A stretch of DNA of 63,999 nt, counting the filler, from Trypethelium eluteriae (Eukaryota): assembly GCA_051942245.1 (NCBI GenBank). It is 4 parts of 4 records of this genome, joined end to end, with 100 filler letters (N's around TTAATTAATTAA, not from the genome) between each part and the next. Parts side by side here need not be neighbours in the genome. Positions count along the whole stretch, not along the records: positions 16,537 to 32,956 come from JAVECL010000623.1; positions 33,057 to 49,433 come from JAVECL010000624.1; 2 more parts are not named here. One strand, written 5' to 3'. Of the stretch, positions 24,539 to 36,322 are shown piece by piece (the stretch's first letter is position 1; each line of letters opens with the position of its first letter). A program made the position numbers and the translations under genes. Below the pieces are notes generated by a model. The model made no database searches, was not told the origin of the DNA, and was given only the letters and a program-made list of their open reading frames with translations.

Positions 24539-27413
24539 TCAGCTTAGCATAATCTCCTTCCAAGTCGAATCCCGAAAGGCTGCTTTGAAAACTTTACCCA
24601 AACCGACACGTTCCCACTTCTCATCCTTTCTTTCTATCAAAAGCACGTAATACAGATCCCAGTCCGATTCTGATTCCTCTCTCTCCTTTGGAATATAGTA
24701 CGTCCAGGTCTCACACTCCTCTCTTGTGAACTTCTTCGCCTCTGAGATAGCAATGAATTCCTGCCGAGCGGACCTCGTACCGTCTACCCATTTTCCGTCC
24801 AAGAAGACAGATCCGCACCAGTCACCGAAGGAGTCGCCAATATGGCAGCGCACGAGACCATCTCTCGCGTTGCTGGGGGCCGACCGGATATTTAGGAATG
24901 TATGGTGTGTCCAAAATTGCAAGATCGGTCGGAGTGGGTACTCAGACGTATCTAAGTTTTGGTCAAAATCCGCCATAACTACGTTATACGGATAATCTCT
25001 AAGAGTGATGTTGAAGGTCGGATTCGCCTGGATAGCTTCTGGACTTATATGGCCGCGATGCTCGAAAAATTGATTATAAAAAGCACTCATATCACCCTGG
25101 GGGGTAAGCGGTGGTGGGGGAACAGGTGCGTCGACCCATGGTGGGAAAGCATGTCCGACATGCTGTGGGGGAAAAGGTACGTCAGCCGGTGGAGCACCAT
25201 GAGGATGAGGACGACGACGAGGATGGATGGTAGGAGGAGGAGGTACATTGGGAAATCTGGGACGTCTTCGTCGCTTCGTGTGTATTTCTACTTCCTTCAA
25301 TCTGTTTTCCAGGCGATCTAGTCGTGACGTCTCACGACTCGACTCATCGTCACTCTCTTCTAGGTCACTTTCTTCCAAGTCACTTTCTTCCTCGTCACTC
25401 AACTTCGCATGCATCGATTCTGGCCAGGCCGAACGTTTGGTCTTATAGCCTTTCCATCTCTTGTCTTCACTCGAATCTACCTTCCATTTGCAAGCGTCCC
25501 ACAATGGTCTAAGGTCCCCCCGACCATCTCTGACGTGCCACTTAATCCATGTGCGTTTATCCAACCACTCATTCGCGTTATCGAGACATTCGCCTACGAT
25601 CTCATCGAGATATGCCGTTGCAGCTCCCTGCCATCCACTCCAGCACCAGCTGGGAAAATCTGGAGCTTCCACGTTGCTTTTTCCACTCGAATCGCGCTTT
25701 TCCCTGCGCGTCACGGGCATGGTATGCTGCCAGAGAAGAGCAAGATCGAAGTGTGAGCTCGGAAGACCGAAGATGAACGGTGCATTCATGATATTCTTCA
25801 TGATGTTCCTCATGCCACTGAAAGCTGCTAGGATATCTTCCGGATTAGTCAGATCTCGACCGGTGTACAGCGTCACGGTCTTAGTGTATACCCAGAATGC
25901 TCGCTGCGATAGCTGTTTGAACATCTGCGCTGGTGCATCAACAAAGTCTAAAGACCAGCCTACGCCTTGCCTATCGGCATAAATATCTTCAGACATCCCT
26001 GTCGACCGACACTGGAAGTAGACACGACCTGCAGTGAAGATAAGGCATCGATTCGATAGAAGACGTTCTTGGAATGTCCAAGCTCTCGTATTCCATTTTG
26101 ACGCCTTGATATACATCTCAGGCGATCTGCTGACAACTAGTCGCACTCCTGGGGCGCAGTCGTCCACCTCCTGTTTGTTGTTGTGGTCTTGCTTTCTCGT
26201 GGCTCGGAGTCCAGCCGAAGCATCCTCGCCGTCAGCTGCACAAATGGTCAGTTCTGCACTGCCATAAATCACGTCCATGTTTTCGGCGTTCAGTTTCCAG
26301 GATCGCGGGCTGTCCTGAATGATACATAAAGCGTCAATCCATATGTATTGTAGTCCCAAGCGACGAGTGAGGTCAATAGAATCCTTGATCACGGTGGGAA
26401 GCTCCATCGATACCTTTTCTATACCCCCATGAGTCCGAAGCAGCGAAACGTTTTCAGTATTTGTCACAAATGGTTGACTTCGACCCCACACATAGCTCAA
26501 AGCGGCGAACGGAGGGTGTCCGCTCTGGGAAACTGAGGATTCGGCGGGAAGACCAACTAATTGCATGTTTTGAACATCGACCACCCCAAAATATGAATGT
26601 GACATGACATTTTCGAATCTGCGGTTCAATTCCAGGTCCACAAGGTCGCAGGGTGAGCGGTGCCGAGTCTTGCATAGATCGAGCCAGCTCTTGATACGTG
26701 CGTATATACTGCCGTCTGTCTCGACCATTCGACCCATGAACAGCTGTTCTTCGCCATACACTCTTTGAGCATCAGACGGTGTGATCGTGTATCTCTCGCG
26801 AGGTGCGAAAACAAGATACGCATCCTTCAGTCGCTTATTTCTCCAGCCAAGATGTAACCTCCTTGTATAGCCCCGACCAGATTCGTTCTTGTCAGCGACA
26901 GCCGCCTTGGTCTTGCGCCCATCGAGTTTCCAAGTTACGAAACACTGTGCATCTTGAGGCATGGTAGGGTTCTCGACCTCTTTAGCGCTTGGGCTCCCAT
27001 CGTATACAGATCTGATGACGAGACTACAGAAAGGACATCCACGACAACTTCGCTCGTAGATATCTCGCAGTGTGCCCAGAACCAGAGGTATCGCCGAGGA
27101 CGTGAGAGGAAAGTTGAACGGAGCATGTTGGTTGACTTGGGGCATGAACGGATCGTATCGGTCCGCTTGGGGTATAGTAGACTTAATCACAAATCGGTCC
27201 ACTCGAAGCTCAAGGCCTTGGCACTTTTCACATAGCTACCGAGAGTATCAGTCAAAGCTAGCCTCAAAGACACAGAGAATGACGATGGATTTCTGGGGGA
27301 CTGATGACCTTTTTTAGCCTAGCGTCCACCTCTATTTTATCCAGTATTCCGTTAGTAATTGGGACTTCATCTCCGTTCGCATTTATGGGTTTAACTATCA
27401 TGTCTTGCGACAT
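24539..27413 (-). CDS. HET (heterokaryon incompatibility)-domain protein without NACHT or repeats; short first exon is tentative
   Basis: LCEKC...CPFCSLV N-terminus, IKSWLDLC, FAALSYVWG, YIWIDALCIIQD, MDVIYGSAELTICAA, WNTRAWTFQE, FPSWCWSGW and C-terminal ERVGLG. The main exon begins after an acceptor at about 27236; possible ATG at 27413. Confidence 0.88.
25349..25398. repeat. 15-bp tandem repeat encoding EESDL in the HET protein
   Basis: tcactctcttctagg tcactttcttccaag tcactttcttcctcg tcact, giving SDEEESDLEESDLEESDD. Confidence 0.75.
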
Positions 27414-28761
27414 GTTTTCAGCTCGCGAAAGTAGCTTTGAAGTTCAGATTTGAGGCTGACACCTCAGCTACTTTTATCTTCACAAAGCCCCTCGCGCAAG
27501 GCTGAAACTGCAGAACTAATGCAGGAGACGCATTAGAATTCGTCATTGGGATGACACCGACTTTTTGATCTCTGATACTAAATACGAGGTGAGGCGGTTT
27601 TGCAAGATTTTTCTAGCTTGATCCACTATCAGTACTGTGATATCAGTCAAGATGGACAACTCACCGAGTCGGAGGAAGCTTTGCATTGGGCATTTGCTCC
27701 ATGCGCTCCTTTGAATGCTATACACAATAAATGTAAAAAGATCGAGACCTTGGATATAGTGGTTAGCTCTTGAGAAGTGATGGAACTTCAAAGGCGTGCA
27801 GGGCAGAGACGTCACAATGACAGCCGCCACGGCCTGTCGACTCCTACGAAGCTGAGGTGCGTTTCAACAGCATTTGGACGCAAAAGCCCATTATGCAAGG
27901 ATAGACAGTCCGAAATATAACAATGGAGCCTATTCGAGAATATTGCGGGACGGAAAGAAATTTCTAGATGGCATGTTAGGCGAGATAGCCATCTGCCTCA
28001 AGTGCTGATTCCAGAATGAATCTGAAACGAACTACAATATGGAAGCGATGTGTATATGTTCCTGGTAACGAAGCGCGTCAGATGATGATATCCTGCAATA
28101 TCATCGAAACGTGTCTCGTGGGAACGAGATGGCTATTGGCTTGTTGACTTTCGCAACGGAACCGACCCTTGCTGGGCTTTTCAAATTGTACGAAGTAGAA
28201 CTCTTTGTCGTAATTTAGACTGTTTATTGTCATTTTTGAATGTTCTGAAATAAATCGACCCGGTTAGATATTCTTTTCTGCAGCAAGATAGGGCACGTCT
28301 TGCTGCTTCCACTGGCTTGCTCGACAACGTCATCCGTTTCATGGGGTTGATGCTGGAAGCCATATCGCGCCTGAAAAACAGGGCATTCGGTGGTTTAGTT
28401 CTAGAAACGGATGCAAATGGTCGGTTTTCCACGTTTCAGCACGCTACCGAGCTGAACAGATTTCTGGTCGTTGACGCAGTGATGCAAGGCTGAGGCTGCG
28501 CATGGTCTATTGTAAGCTTCGAGAACTGCTCGTCACAACATGTCATGGAAGTAGGAAGAGCTCCACGCGTCCTCCTTGGATCTGTTTAATTATAGGGTTG
28601 GGTAGGTAGGGACGTGAGAAGGCTGGCGTTTGGGCTTTACCGTAATGGATACGAAGGCGGCGGCCCGCTCTCCTAATTCCGTCATCGCTTGAACTCCAGC
28701 GCCGAAATTTTGTATTTTGTTACAGCACAAGCTCTCGTCCACAACCCTACAATCACTGCTA

Positions 28762-29620
28762 ATGGCTACATCCAAGGGCGAATTAAGGTGATTTGAGCTC
28801 GGGCAAGCGTGTTTCCATTGCCGTTGACATTCTATCTCTAGCAAAGATGCGCCAACCAATCCTCGTGGCATCCCATTCGCCCCGTTTGTCGACAAGGTCG
28901 AGGATTATGTCACATCCCGAGCTGAGGTGGAGAGCACACTTAGAAACTTCCAAGAGATGATATCGTGCGCCTTGATTGTGCCAGCTCGTGTAACTTGAAT
29001 ATGGGAGCTCACCGTTCGTCTAGAAAATACCAATTCATGGAAGTAAACAACCAGCGACGAGCATCGGGTTTGAGGGACAAGATACCGGACATTGAGAAGA
29101 CTTTGGAGATGGTGCGGTTTCTGAAGCGGCGTAAGGTACAGAGACAGCTCTCGGCTGTTGTAACCCTCTTTCTCGCGTAGGGAACAGTGTTGATGACTTT
29201 CTGGTAGCCTGACTCGGATCCACTGGAGACAACGTTTGAGTTGAATGATACACTTTACGCAAAAGCGGAGGTGCCGCGAACCGAGGAAGTCTACCTATGG
29301 CTTGGTGTATGCTACGTCCTGATCAAGTCCCGCACAATTGAATGGCCACGTACTGACGAAAATCTACTCTATCAAGGCAAACGTCATGCTATCCTACCCA
29401 ATTCCCGAAGCAGAATCCTTACTCGAATCCAGACTTACGACGGCACAGACGAGTTTGACGAATTGTGAAGAAGACTTGGATTTTCTACGTGAACAAATCA
29501 CAGTGAGCATCAACTCCCGGCGGCCTGAGGAGCATTGGACTTGATGGCTAACAACTGCAAAAGACGATGGAAGTTGCCACAGCTAGGGTCTACAACTGGG
29601 ATGTCATGCAGCGCCGGAAA
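28762..29620 (+). CDS. PAC10: Prefoldin subunit 3 (VBP1/Pac10), 6 exons
   Basis: TNPRGIPFAPFVDKVEDYV, KYQFME, FELNDTLYAKA, VYLWLGANVMLSYP, EEDLDFLREQITTMEVATARVYNWDV. Confidence 0.93.
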
Positions 29621-29896
29621 GAAAACGCTGAAGGCAAGGACTCGAAAGAGATCGACCCAGAGAAAGCGCCGAACGGATGAACACACAAGCAGGGGCTACC
29701 ATTTTCAAAAAAAGTCCTGGGGATTGGCTGACCCATGCATAATCATGGACCTGAAGTAATCAGACGCACTGATAGCTTCGGGAGCTCAATATTTTGATAG
29801 CCGTAGGGACAGATTCACGTAGATACCCGGATCGTAACTTCCAGATGACTCTGATGAACCGAAAGACTATAACAAGTACAGGAATGACTACTTCAT

Positions 29897-31175
29897 TCAA
29901 AACATGAAACCGTGGATGACTTCGTCGAGATTTGACCGTTTTCCACTTTTCAGCATTCTTTTCTTCGCCTCATGTACACATTGTTCTTCTCGTGGGTGTT
30001 TATTACCTAGAAAGCCCTGTGATGACTGATGTGGATCCGATCCCGCATTGCTCTGTAGATCATTCGAAGATGCATCAGCGTCCAGCAGATTACGCCAGAC
30101 CACTATTGCTCGACCGTCATCTTGCCAAGACGAGTCGGTATTCCAAGCAGGACCAATGTTGAGGAAAAGGATTGGCTGGGAAGAAGCCCGATCCAACACT
30201 CGAACACCATCTACTAGATGGCAGGCTCGAGTGTAGTCCGTTATAGATGCTACCTGGTCAAGATCGAGCATCTCGCTTAGGTCGACTCTCGGGTGCAGTG
30301 TGTCCCACTCGCCTCGTAGCTCGTGTTCAACACGTTCACGAATCTGGTCGTTCAGATCTGAGCTTGTGCGGCCTTGACAATGCCAACCATAGGGTGCATC
30401 CATTTGGTGGGAGAGGAGCTTGATCTGTGTGAGAGCTGGAAGCAAGCTGAGATACTCTACGGAGCGCATAGTTACACCCGGATATCCACTTAACTCTATT
30501 GATCGCAGATACTGCAGGCTGGTGGTCGCTCCTGAGTTGACTATACGTTGGGTCCATTTCCAGATCATGCGGTCGTCCAGATTGCTTGGAGAACGGCGGT
30601 CTTGACAGAGCCTTAGCGATGCCAAATTTGGGAGATTAGAGATAGAAATCAGATCTTTCATCATGTAATCATTCTGATGTAGGGTGAGAAATGTGAGCCG
30701 GCTTTCATTGTTACTTGTAAGCGTGCTGATCTGGTCGAGATAGCTGTATAAGGGAGAATCTAACATCTGAACCCTGGAACGGTAATATCTGTACAGTCTT
30801 TCTTCCGGATAAGCGGAGACAAAGGCTGCCCATACGCTCAAGCTCAGTAATTGTCTGGAATTATTGCGATGAGTAAGACGATGTACTTCAAGGCAACCCT
30901 TACACATACGATGACTTCAATTCCTTCCAAATCTGCTCGGCATATTGGGCTGGCAACCCTCGGACTTCTTTCGTAGTCAACTCCGCAGACTTCACCAGTA
31001 TCGTTCGCAACGACATCGCCTCCAGTGATGCTGCTCCGCGTGAATGAACGTAGTGGTGGAGACCCTCGGTACTTCCTCTTGTAGCATACGCCCATCTATC
31101 GACCGGACGCCTTATCTTGCAAATATGCTCCAAGTACACCTGGCCGCTTTCTCCGTCAAATTTCTTAACTGGCAT
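29897..31175 (-). CDS. Hypothetical protein with an RNI/LRR-like segment; intron 30855-30909
   Basis: Joins ORF 30900-31175 (SLEAMSLRTI...LPAQYAEQIWKEL) to ORF 29897-30907 (ISNLPNLASLRL, LQYLRSIELSG, LSLLPALTQIKL) through a GTATGT...CAG intron. Confidence 0.6.
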
Positions 31176-32078
31176 TGTAGTAATTGCGGGTCGTTAAACC
31201 CTAGAATATTGGGGAACCTCTTAAATTCAAATCATGGACTGCTCCAACGCGCAAGTCGACTGATATGGACTGGTAGAACGTTAAGCATGTTGGGATCGAG
31301 AACAGCCTCGTTCATCACTTTGCGATTCCTATGCTGTCACTTGGTCGTGGTAAGCAAGCGATATCGCATGAGACACCTCCTTATCTATGGCAATAGTAGG
31401 ACGATCATTCTAGCTCGCAATGTGATAGGCCCGAAATGATGGACAGCTGTAACAGCGAGTTTGAACGCACAAAGGGTACGTTCCTGGAGTCAACTGTCAA
31501 TTAGCACCGAGAGGAGGAAAATAGAAGACGCGACTGATTATGATACGCGCTCCGTGCACCTTGCCTATTCTGGCGTCGGGGTAGGAAAAGATAGAAAACG
31601 ACCGGAGCGAATCTCATTCGAAGTTCTTTACACCTCAGTAGATGTACTGCTACGCTTTGATACTTTATTTGTTCTCTGAGATGTAGATTGTACAGCATGA
31701 TCTTTCACATCGATTATAATGGACAGCGGGAGAAAAACCGGTGGGCAACAATTGCATGCTGCACGCATGATTGGTGAAATCGAATGTGGCCCTAGAATAT
31801 CTATCTCAACTGAGCTTAATTGTGCGACTGTCTGGCTGTTGAGAAGCCAACACTGCAAGAAGTCATGTAGAATAAATAGACGATGAGAGTTTTGTATGCG
31901 GACTACGGCAAGTTACATAGATCGGATTCGGCAAAGTGCAAGATCGAGCTCATTACATATTCGAAAGTGTACCTAATTGTTACCCCTCCATGGCCTCTAA
32001 TCCTCTCCATCTAGCGTCCCATTGTACATATTCTTGTAACACTCACCTTGCTAAGCCTGGTGCTTTGACAATGTCACG

Positions 32079-32956
32079 ATGATCTTGAAAAGGTCCTTGT
32101 TTCTATCTCCCTCCTCAAGCTGTGTACATTCGTTCTACAGTCCACAATGCTCAACGACGTCATCACAACGAAGCACACGACACTCTTCAAGACGGCCATG
32201 CAACAGAAGTGCCTACGCAACGATATCGCACGACGGCCCTCAATCCGAAGAAAACCACAACAATCGTGGCCATGCGTGGCCTGAAGTCACATCCCCACGG
32301 AAAACCCCAACTCCCTACGAGATTTTCGGTCTCCAAAAGACCGCGCCCTACTCGAAACACCGTTTCTACGAGCTCGTAAAACTCTATCACCCTGACCATA
32401 CCCACAATAGCTACGATTCCAACAGCCCCAATCCCCGCCTCACGATCTCCGAGTCCACCCGCCTTGAGCGCTACCGCCTCATCGTCTGCGCCCACAACAT
32501 CCTCTCCGACCCCCTCAAACGGCGAGCCTACGACCGCTACGGCGCCGGCTGGGACGGCGAGCCCGAGCTGCACCGCGCAGACTTCGACCGTCGTCGCTCC
32601 AGAAACTCCCCCTTCAGCAACGATCCCATGCACAACGCGACCTGGGAGGACTGGGAGCGGTGGTACGCTCGCGAAGCCGCCTCCACCTCTGATACCACCA
32701 CATCACCTCCACCCCCACAGACACCTGTCTACATCTCGAATCTCTCGTTCCTCATCCTCATCATGATGCTTGCGGGTCTGGGTGGCGTTGGACAAGCGAC
32801 ACGGGCTGAGGGGTTCTCCGAGACGTTCATGGAGCAGCGGGATCGCGCGCATGATCAGGCGAGTAAGGAGTTGCGGCGGGTGCGGCGGGAGGCGAAGGAG
32901 CGGCCGCGGGAGGAGAGGGTGGAGCGGTTTTTGGAGGATAGAGATCCCGGGTGGGG
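32079..32956 (+). CDS. JID1: Mitochondrial J-domain protein Jid1-like; truncated at the gap
   Basis: Presequence-like N-terminus, PTPYEIFG...FYELVKLYHPD (HPD motif), RYRLIVCAHNILSDPLKRRAYD, NATWEDWERW and a TM segment. Confidence 0.8.
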
Positions 32957-33056
32957 NNNNNNNNNNNNNNNNNNNNNNNNNNNNNNNNNNNNNNNNNNNN
33001 TTAATTAATTAANNNNNNNNNNNNNNNNNNNNNNNNNNNNNNNNNNNNNNNNNNNN
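32957..33056. other. Artificial contig spacer
   Basis: 44N-TTAATTAATTAA-44N. Confidence 0.97.
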
Positions 33057-33175
33057 GGGCTGGGGTCGTGCCTTCGTCCGCCGCAACTCAGTGACGTTAA
33101 CACTCGATTGTTATCCCATTGTTGTACACTCTCTTTCTCAACTGCTCCCACGCAATTGTCACGGAATTGATCGCA

Positions 33176-34168
33176 ATGAGTCTATCAAAAGCCATGCCCA
33201 TGCCGTATTCCTCGACAGTCCGTTCCATTAATATCTTCCAGCGCATTCAGACGAGACGGATACACGGAACCCCACACCGATACAGCAGCCCTTTCTTCCA
33301 TTTGGCAGCACTTTCTGCGTCTCGCGAGGGTCAATTCATCTCAAAGGCATCTGGGATCTCACGAGTGGACTACACCCCGAATGCCCAACTGTTGAGGGCA
33401 GAGGCATGTGGGTCTACTATTCCAGAACAAAGAAGCATGAAGAGGAGCTTCAGGCAAACACCGGATCAGAAACCACATGTTCAAAAACATCAGGAACAGA
33501 AGCCAAAGGAGCAAAATATATACGTCAGGAGAGATGAAGCAGCTTCAAGCGAGTCAATTCACTATCGAGATCAGTACATCGATGCGTCTCGGAAAAGCGC
33601 GGCTTCTAGTCCGCGAGCAGTCATCATGGATACACATAAGAAGACGGTTTTGGAAGAAACCCCTAATTCTCATCCTACTATGGCCCAAGACACACCACCA
33701 AACTCTCAGGCTGCAACTAGCAGCGGTGGAACGTCTAACGATGCGACGGTCAAGATAGGCAGGATGGCGGACCTACGGAAATCCATGGAAGATCAAAAGA
33801 GCCTCATAAACTACTTGAAGAATCAGCTCGACAGAGAAAGACAAGCTCGGACGCCAGCGGAAGAGCGAGCAGTGTCGACGGAACTAACAGCTGCTCTGCT
33901 CGAAAAACGCACATCGTTCGGTTCTGGTGTATTCTGTGGAGCTGTCGCCATGTTATTCATGCTCGCCGTCGTCGGATGGCTGGGTATTGAGTCCTTGCAA
34001 GATTTTACTGCTCTCCAAGCGACCCAGCAGGCTCCCTCGAACGACGCGACATGGAAGGCTTCTGAGCCGGAATCGCGTGACGGCAAAGCTGTTTACGAGC
34101 CCAGTTCTGGTAAAGGTGGGGGTAGATTCGATCATTTAGCCTCGTGGTTTTGGTCTTCTGCGAAATGA
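33176..34168 (+). CDS. Hypothetical protein: possible mitochondrial presequence, coiled coil and C-terminal TM helix
   Basis: Intronless 330-aa ORF. Arg/Ser-rich N-terminus, coil (LRKSMEDQKSLINYLKNQLDRERQ), hydrophobic FGSGVFCGAVAMLFMLAVVGWLGI; ends SWFWSSAK. Confidence 0.6.
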   Translation: MSLSKAMPMPYSSTVRSINIFQRIQTRRIHGTPHRYSSPFFHLAALSASREGQFISKASGISRVDYTPNAQLLRAEACGSTIPEQRSMKRSFRQTPDQKPHVQKHQEQKPKEQNIYVRRDEAASSESIHYRDQYIDASRKSAASSPRAVIMDTHKKTVLEETPNSHPTMAQDTPPNSQAATSSGGTSNDATVKIGRMADLRKSMEDQKSLINYLKNQLDRERQARTPAEERAVSTELTAALLEKRTSFGSGVFCGAVAMLFMLAVVGWLGIESLQDFTALQATQQAPSNDATWKASEPESRDGKAVYEPSSGKGGGRFDHLASWFWSSAK

Positions 34169-34943
34169 ACCCACACCTTGTCAAAGATACATTGAGATAA
34201 ATCAGTGCTGTTCATTGGAGGGTTCTTCGCGGGAGTTGTGGATACCATTTGCAAGGTAGCTCAACATATTTGAGAGCTAGAGAGTTCGTTGGCAGAAAGT
34301 CGCTCATGTCTCCTACGGATTGGGTGGAATGAGTTTCTACGATGTCAAACATAAGAAGACAATGAGTGTCTTCCAATTGAAGGAGTGCTACTTAGCCTCC
34401 TTATAAGCATGAAGGTGGTATTACGACGCTGCATTTTAGGAACGATTGGGATGAATTTACGAGCCGGAGTCAGAGCCGCGGAGCCATTGGAGTCAAGTCG
34501 GGGGATCTTTCACTATCTATCGTTTAAATGGGATGCACACATACACATACACTCTATATATAGGTATGCAACAAGAATCCATGAGTGGATAGCAAAGATG
34601 CTACGCCAGAACATCCAAGTCGCCTCGCTATACCTGTCAGGAGTTACAATGGCCTCAAATCAGTCGAGATTATGCAGACCGAAGCACGAAAAGTGGAAGA
34701 TGTACTAGTCGCAGGCCTTATTTCGATGAAAGTGACAGTCGTGTAGCCGTTTGGTCACTCTTGGGTTCGGAAATATGCTGGAACGCAATGAAATGTCGGT
34801 AATGAAAGTATCGCCTGTTGCTAAGCTAGCTGCTATATTACTTCGCAGCTGATCTATTTTTCCGGTTCGTGAGCATTCCCAAAAGGGCTCTAATGCAGAC
34901 GTATGAGATGATGCAGATGAAGAGAGTAATGTCATGCAGACCC

Positions 34944-35684
34944 TTATCTCGTCGATGCAGATACTACGCTTGATTCCCGAGTATCTTCATAAAGTTTCTT
35001 GACTAAACCCGAGAAGCGCTCGAGGTCTTCCTGGTTCCATGGCATAGCATGATGGTACTCGATCTCGCACAGGGTGCTTGTATCCGGGCTGTAGTAATTC
35101 TCCTTCTGCCTGCGGCCGTATCCCAGATACTCATCTTTCAATCCGTGGAGATGAAGCGTGGGAAGTGTAATCAGCTCGAAGTTTGCGTTTTCAGCTTGCT
35201 CATTCGTGGTCTTGTATTCCTTTGTCACCAACGGAGAGCCTCCTCCCATACACATGATGCCAAATCGAAGCTTAAAACCATTAGACTCGTTCCTAGCAGC
35301 CCTCCGTTGCTGATCGAGTAATAGCCCGCCTGCCATTCGAGTGCCTTGACTGAAGCCCATCACTCCCACCCAATCCTCCCTCGGAGCGCGGGATTCCATC
35401 ATCTTCCAAGCGCGGTGCAGTCCATCAGTGCCCACGGAGTCAAAGCCGCTACCATCGTCCTCACCCCAGCTGAGCTGCCGATTTTTAATCCAACTCCAAA
35501 ACGGGCCGTAGTCCTCGAACACCGGGAGGACGCCGGGACCAGGGTTGCTTTCAAAAGGACCATTGAAATAGACAAATTCAATTTCCTTTGCAACGATGTT
35601 CTGGAGACGGATAGCCTGTATGTTGAAGACCTCGCTGTTTGAGCCTCCGCCATGGAAGCACGCAACTTTCGCAATCCTAGCCAT
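34944..35684 (-). CDS. FSH1-family serine hydrolase/esterase (LovG/CtnB-like)
   Basis: ACFHGGGSN, PGPGVLPVF, GVMGFSQG (nucleophile elbow), LPTLHLHGLKD and catalytic His in YHHAMP. Confidence 0.85.
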   Translation of the reverse strand: MARIAKVACFHGGGSNSEVFNIQAIRLQNIVAKEIEFVYFNGPFESNPGPGVLPVFEDYGPFWSWIKNRQLSWGEDDGSGFDSVGTDGLHRAWKMMESRAPREDWVGVMGFSQGTRMAGGLLLDQQRRAARNESNGFKLRFGIMCMGGGSPLVTKEYKTTNEQAENANFELITLPTLHLHGLKDEYLGYGRRQKENYYSPDTSTLCEIEYHHAMPWNQEDLERFSGLVKKLYEDTRESSVVSASTR

Positions 35685-36322
35685 ATTGAATAAATGCCGT
35701 CAAAGGATAGCGAGACGTCGTCTGAGGGACTTTGTCAGCCTTGAAATGTATACCTGGTATTTACCTAGACGTACAATCCTACAGGCGTAGCTACGGTGTT
35801 AGCAGACAAATATTCCTACTTGTAATTCGTGGCAGCCACAAGACATCAACCCTCCTTCTGCTTGGTCACATTCTCATATATGAACACCCAACATTGTCCG
35901 TATTATAATGTGAGTTTGTTCTTGTCTCGGACGCTTCGTTTTGCCGCGCTACGGGCGTAGGATGCGGAAAAGAGCCAATCGCGCTAGTACCGCCTCAATG
36001 ATCCCTGTCGGTCGGCCTTTTTACCATCCCTCTATACTCCGTACGGCGTTTGTCTTCTTGCCACCATCCCCATTCTTGTTCAGGCGGGTATGGCAGTCCA
36101 CCTTCGTAAAGAGTGCATTCCAGTGTCGAGCCGCCCCCTTCCGGCGTCGTCGTCGTAGTCCCGAAGGCTCAATGTTGGCCCGCAGGTAGACAGTGAGTTC
36201 CAACACATAAAAGACAGCTTAGTCGCGTCGATTACGACAACAGTTTCTGCTTATTCTTTTTTCGTTCAAATTGAGCCTTATCTCAAGGCTGTAAGATACG
36301 TACAGTACTGACAAGTAGCGCA

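Noticed and set aside
27540..28550. Short minus-strand ORFs between HET and prefoldin, considered as a possible PKS or transposon remnant
   Set aside because: No KS/AT, transposase or RT motifs and no terminal repeats were visible.
16603..29620. Interpretation as an elsinochrome/perylenequinone toxin cluster
   Set aside because: The gene content (Cmr1-type TF, THN reductase, prefoldin) matches the DHN-melanin locus, and no O-methyltransferase, FAD oxidoreductase or transporter is present.
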